Of a stretch of 64,000 nt of DNA, positions 63,101 through 64,000 are shown one piece after another. The stretch covers positions 558,001-622,000 of the forward strand of contig CT868063.1 in the NCBI GenBank assembly GCA_000165425.1. The letters run 5' to 3'. Every line of letters begins with the position of its first letter. Position 1 is the stretch's first letter. The position numbers and the translations under genes were made by a program. The notes under the pieces were generated by a model, which did not search any database, was not told the DNA's origin, and was given only the letters and a program-made list of their open reading frames with translations. Source of the stretch: Paramecium tetraurelia (Eukaryota).

Positions 63101-64000
63101 TAAAAAGATTTTGCGATTGGTTATTGTATTATATTCTTTTCTAAATTGCATCATTTACGATATCATTTTATATAATCTGAAATATAAATAATACAAAAAG
63201 TTAATTATTACAAATTATCAACTAACAGAAATAATTTGGATGAAAATGAATATATACTAATGCAAATAGAATTAGTTTTACATTGCATTATATTATATTG
63301 AATTAAAATCCAATTATAACTGTTATTTTTACTTTAACCTTTTTTGACTTATGGTATTAGAATCTAAAGTTATTTACTAAAAGGATTAAGTTTTTAGATA
63401 TTATATTCTAAGTATTGAATTTATTTAAATTTAAAAGCTAAGATTACTTTATTCGACGATAGATTGTAACTTTACCTTAGAGTTAGTGAAAAATATACTT
63501 GAACAGAAGTTTCATTGATTTAAGAATCTACTTTGTCTTCAAAATGATAAAAAATATGATTTCTTTAGAAATGAAGATTCGGCAGCTCTAAAGTAAAATG
63601 ATTGTTTTATTCTGTTAAATAAAATAAGGTTTTTGTTTTATAAAAAGCTAACCATTTATCCAAACTCCTATTCTAATCAATGTTGATTCAGTTTTTTAGT
63701 ATTTGATTTTATTAGTTTTTTTCTTAACTAATTTATCAAAAAAAATATATTAATAAATTTAAAAATACGAATAAACAATCCATATAAATCTAATACATTA
63801 ATTCTGGTAAATAAGAATAAACGAATTTTGTGACTATCCAAGAACTAGTAGATGTAGAATAAGATGAGAAATCAATTCATTTTCCCAATCCATTTTTTGA
63901 TATAAATTTAACAAATTTATTTAGTCGAAATTGTTGAAAAAAACTTAACAATTTAGTAATTGATTTTTGAGGATAGCTAAGTTTATAAAAATGAATAATT

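Noticed and set aside
1..64000. Retained IESs, transposons or telomeric repeats
   Set aside because: No transposase or RT motifs, no C4A2/C3A3 tracts, and no TA-bounded insert interrupting a conserved gene was seen; consistent with macronuclear DNA

Overview
This is a very AT-rich, gene-dense eukaryotic sequence that only makes sense under the ciliate nuclear code (TAA/TAG = Gln, TGA = sole stop), with tiny 21-30 nt GT..AG introns and intergenic gaps as short as 14-50 nt. That pattern is typical of a Paramecium macronuclear chromosome. The supplied standard-code ORF track is therefore mostly fragments or antisense artefacts, and I translated the genes by hand. About 40 protein genes are present. 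Recognisable ones: a BI-1-like membrane protein, a WD40 protein, Yippee, GSK3, a zf-C2HC protein, ARMC9, a RING-H2 protein, eIF4A, MORN proteins, a SET/LSMT-type methyltransferase, a 1905-aa DEAH helicase-RRM-RBR ligase fusion, a hybrid histidine kinase, an EF-hand protein, a Myb factor, a Kelch-EGF membrane protein, a half-size ABCA, WRAP73/WDR8, a TBC Rab-GAP, Derlin and a group I truncated haemoglobin. There is also a tRNA-Leu(CAA) with stem defects and a full-length but multiply disrupted Piwi pseudogene. The most notable observations are two intact pseudo-proteases (a Ulp1-like domain with His>Arg and Cys>Ser, and a membrane-anchored cathepsin-B-like protein with Cys>Ser and His>Gln) and a tandem trio of unrecognised genes sharing an RR(K/N)SCxCxxCG..FQ motif. 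I found no convincing operon-like novel system, mobile element or CRISPR array. All coordinates come from manual reading, and some 5' ends and introns are uncertain.
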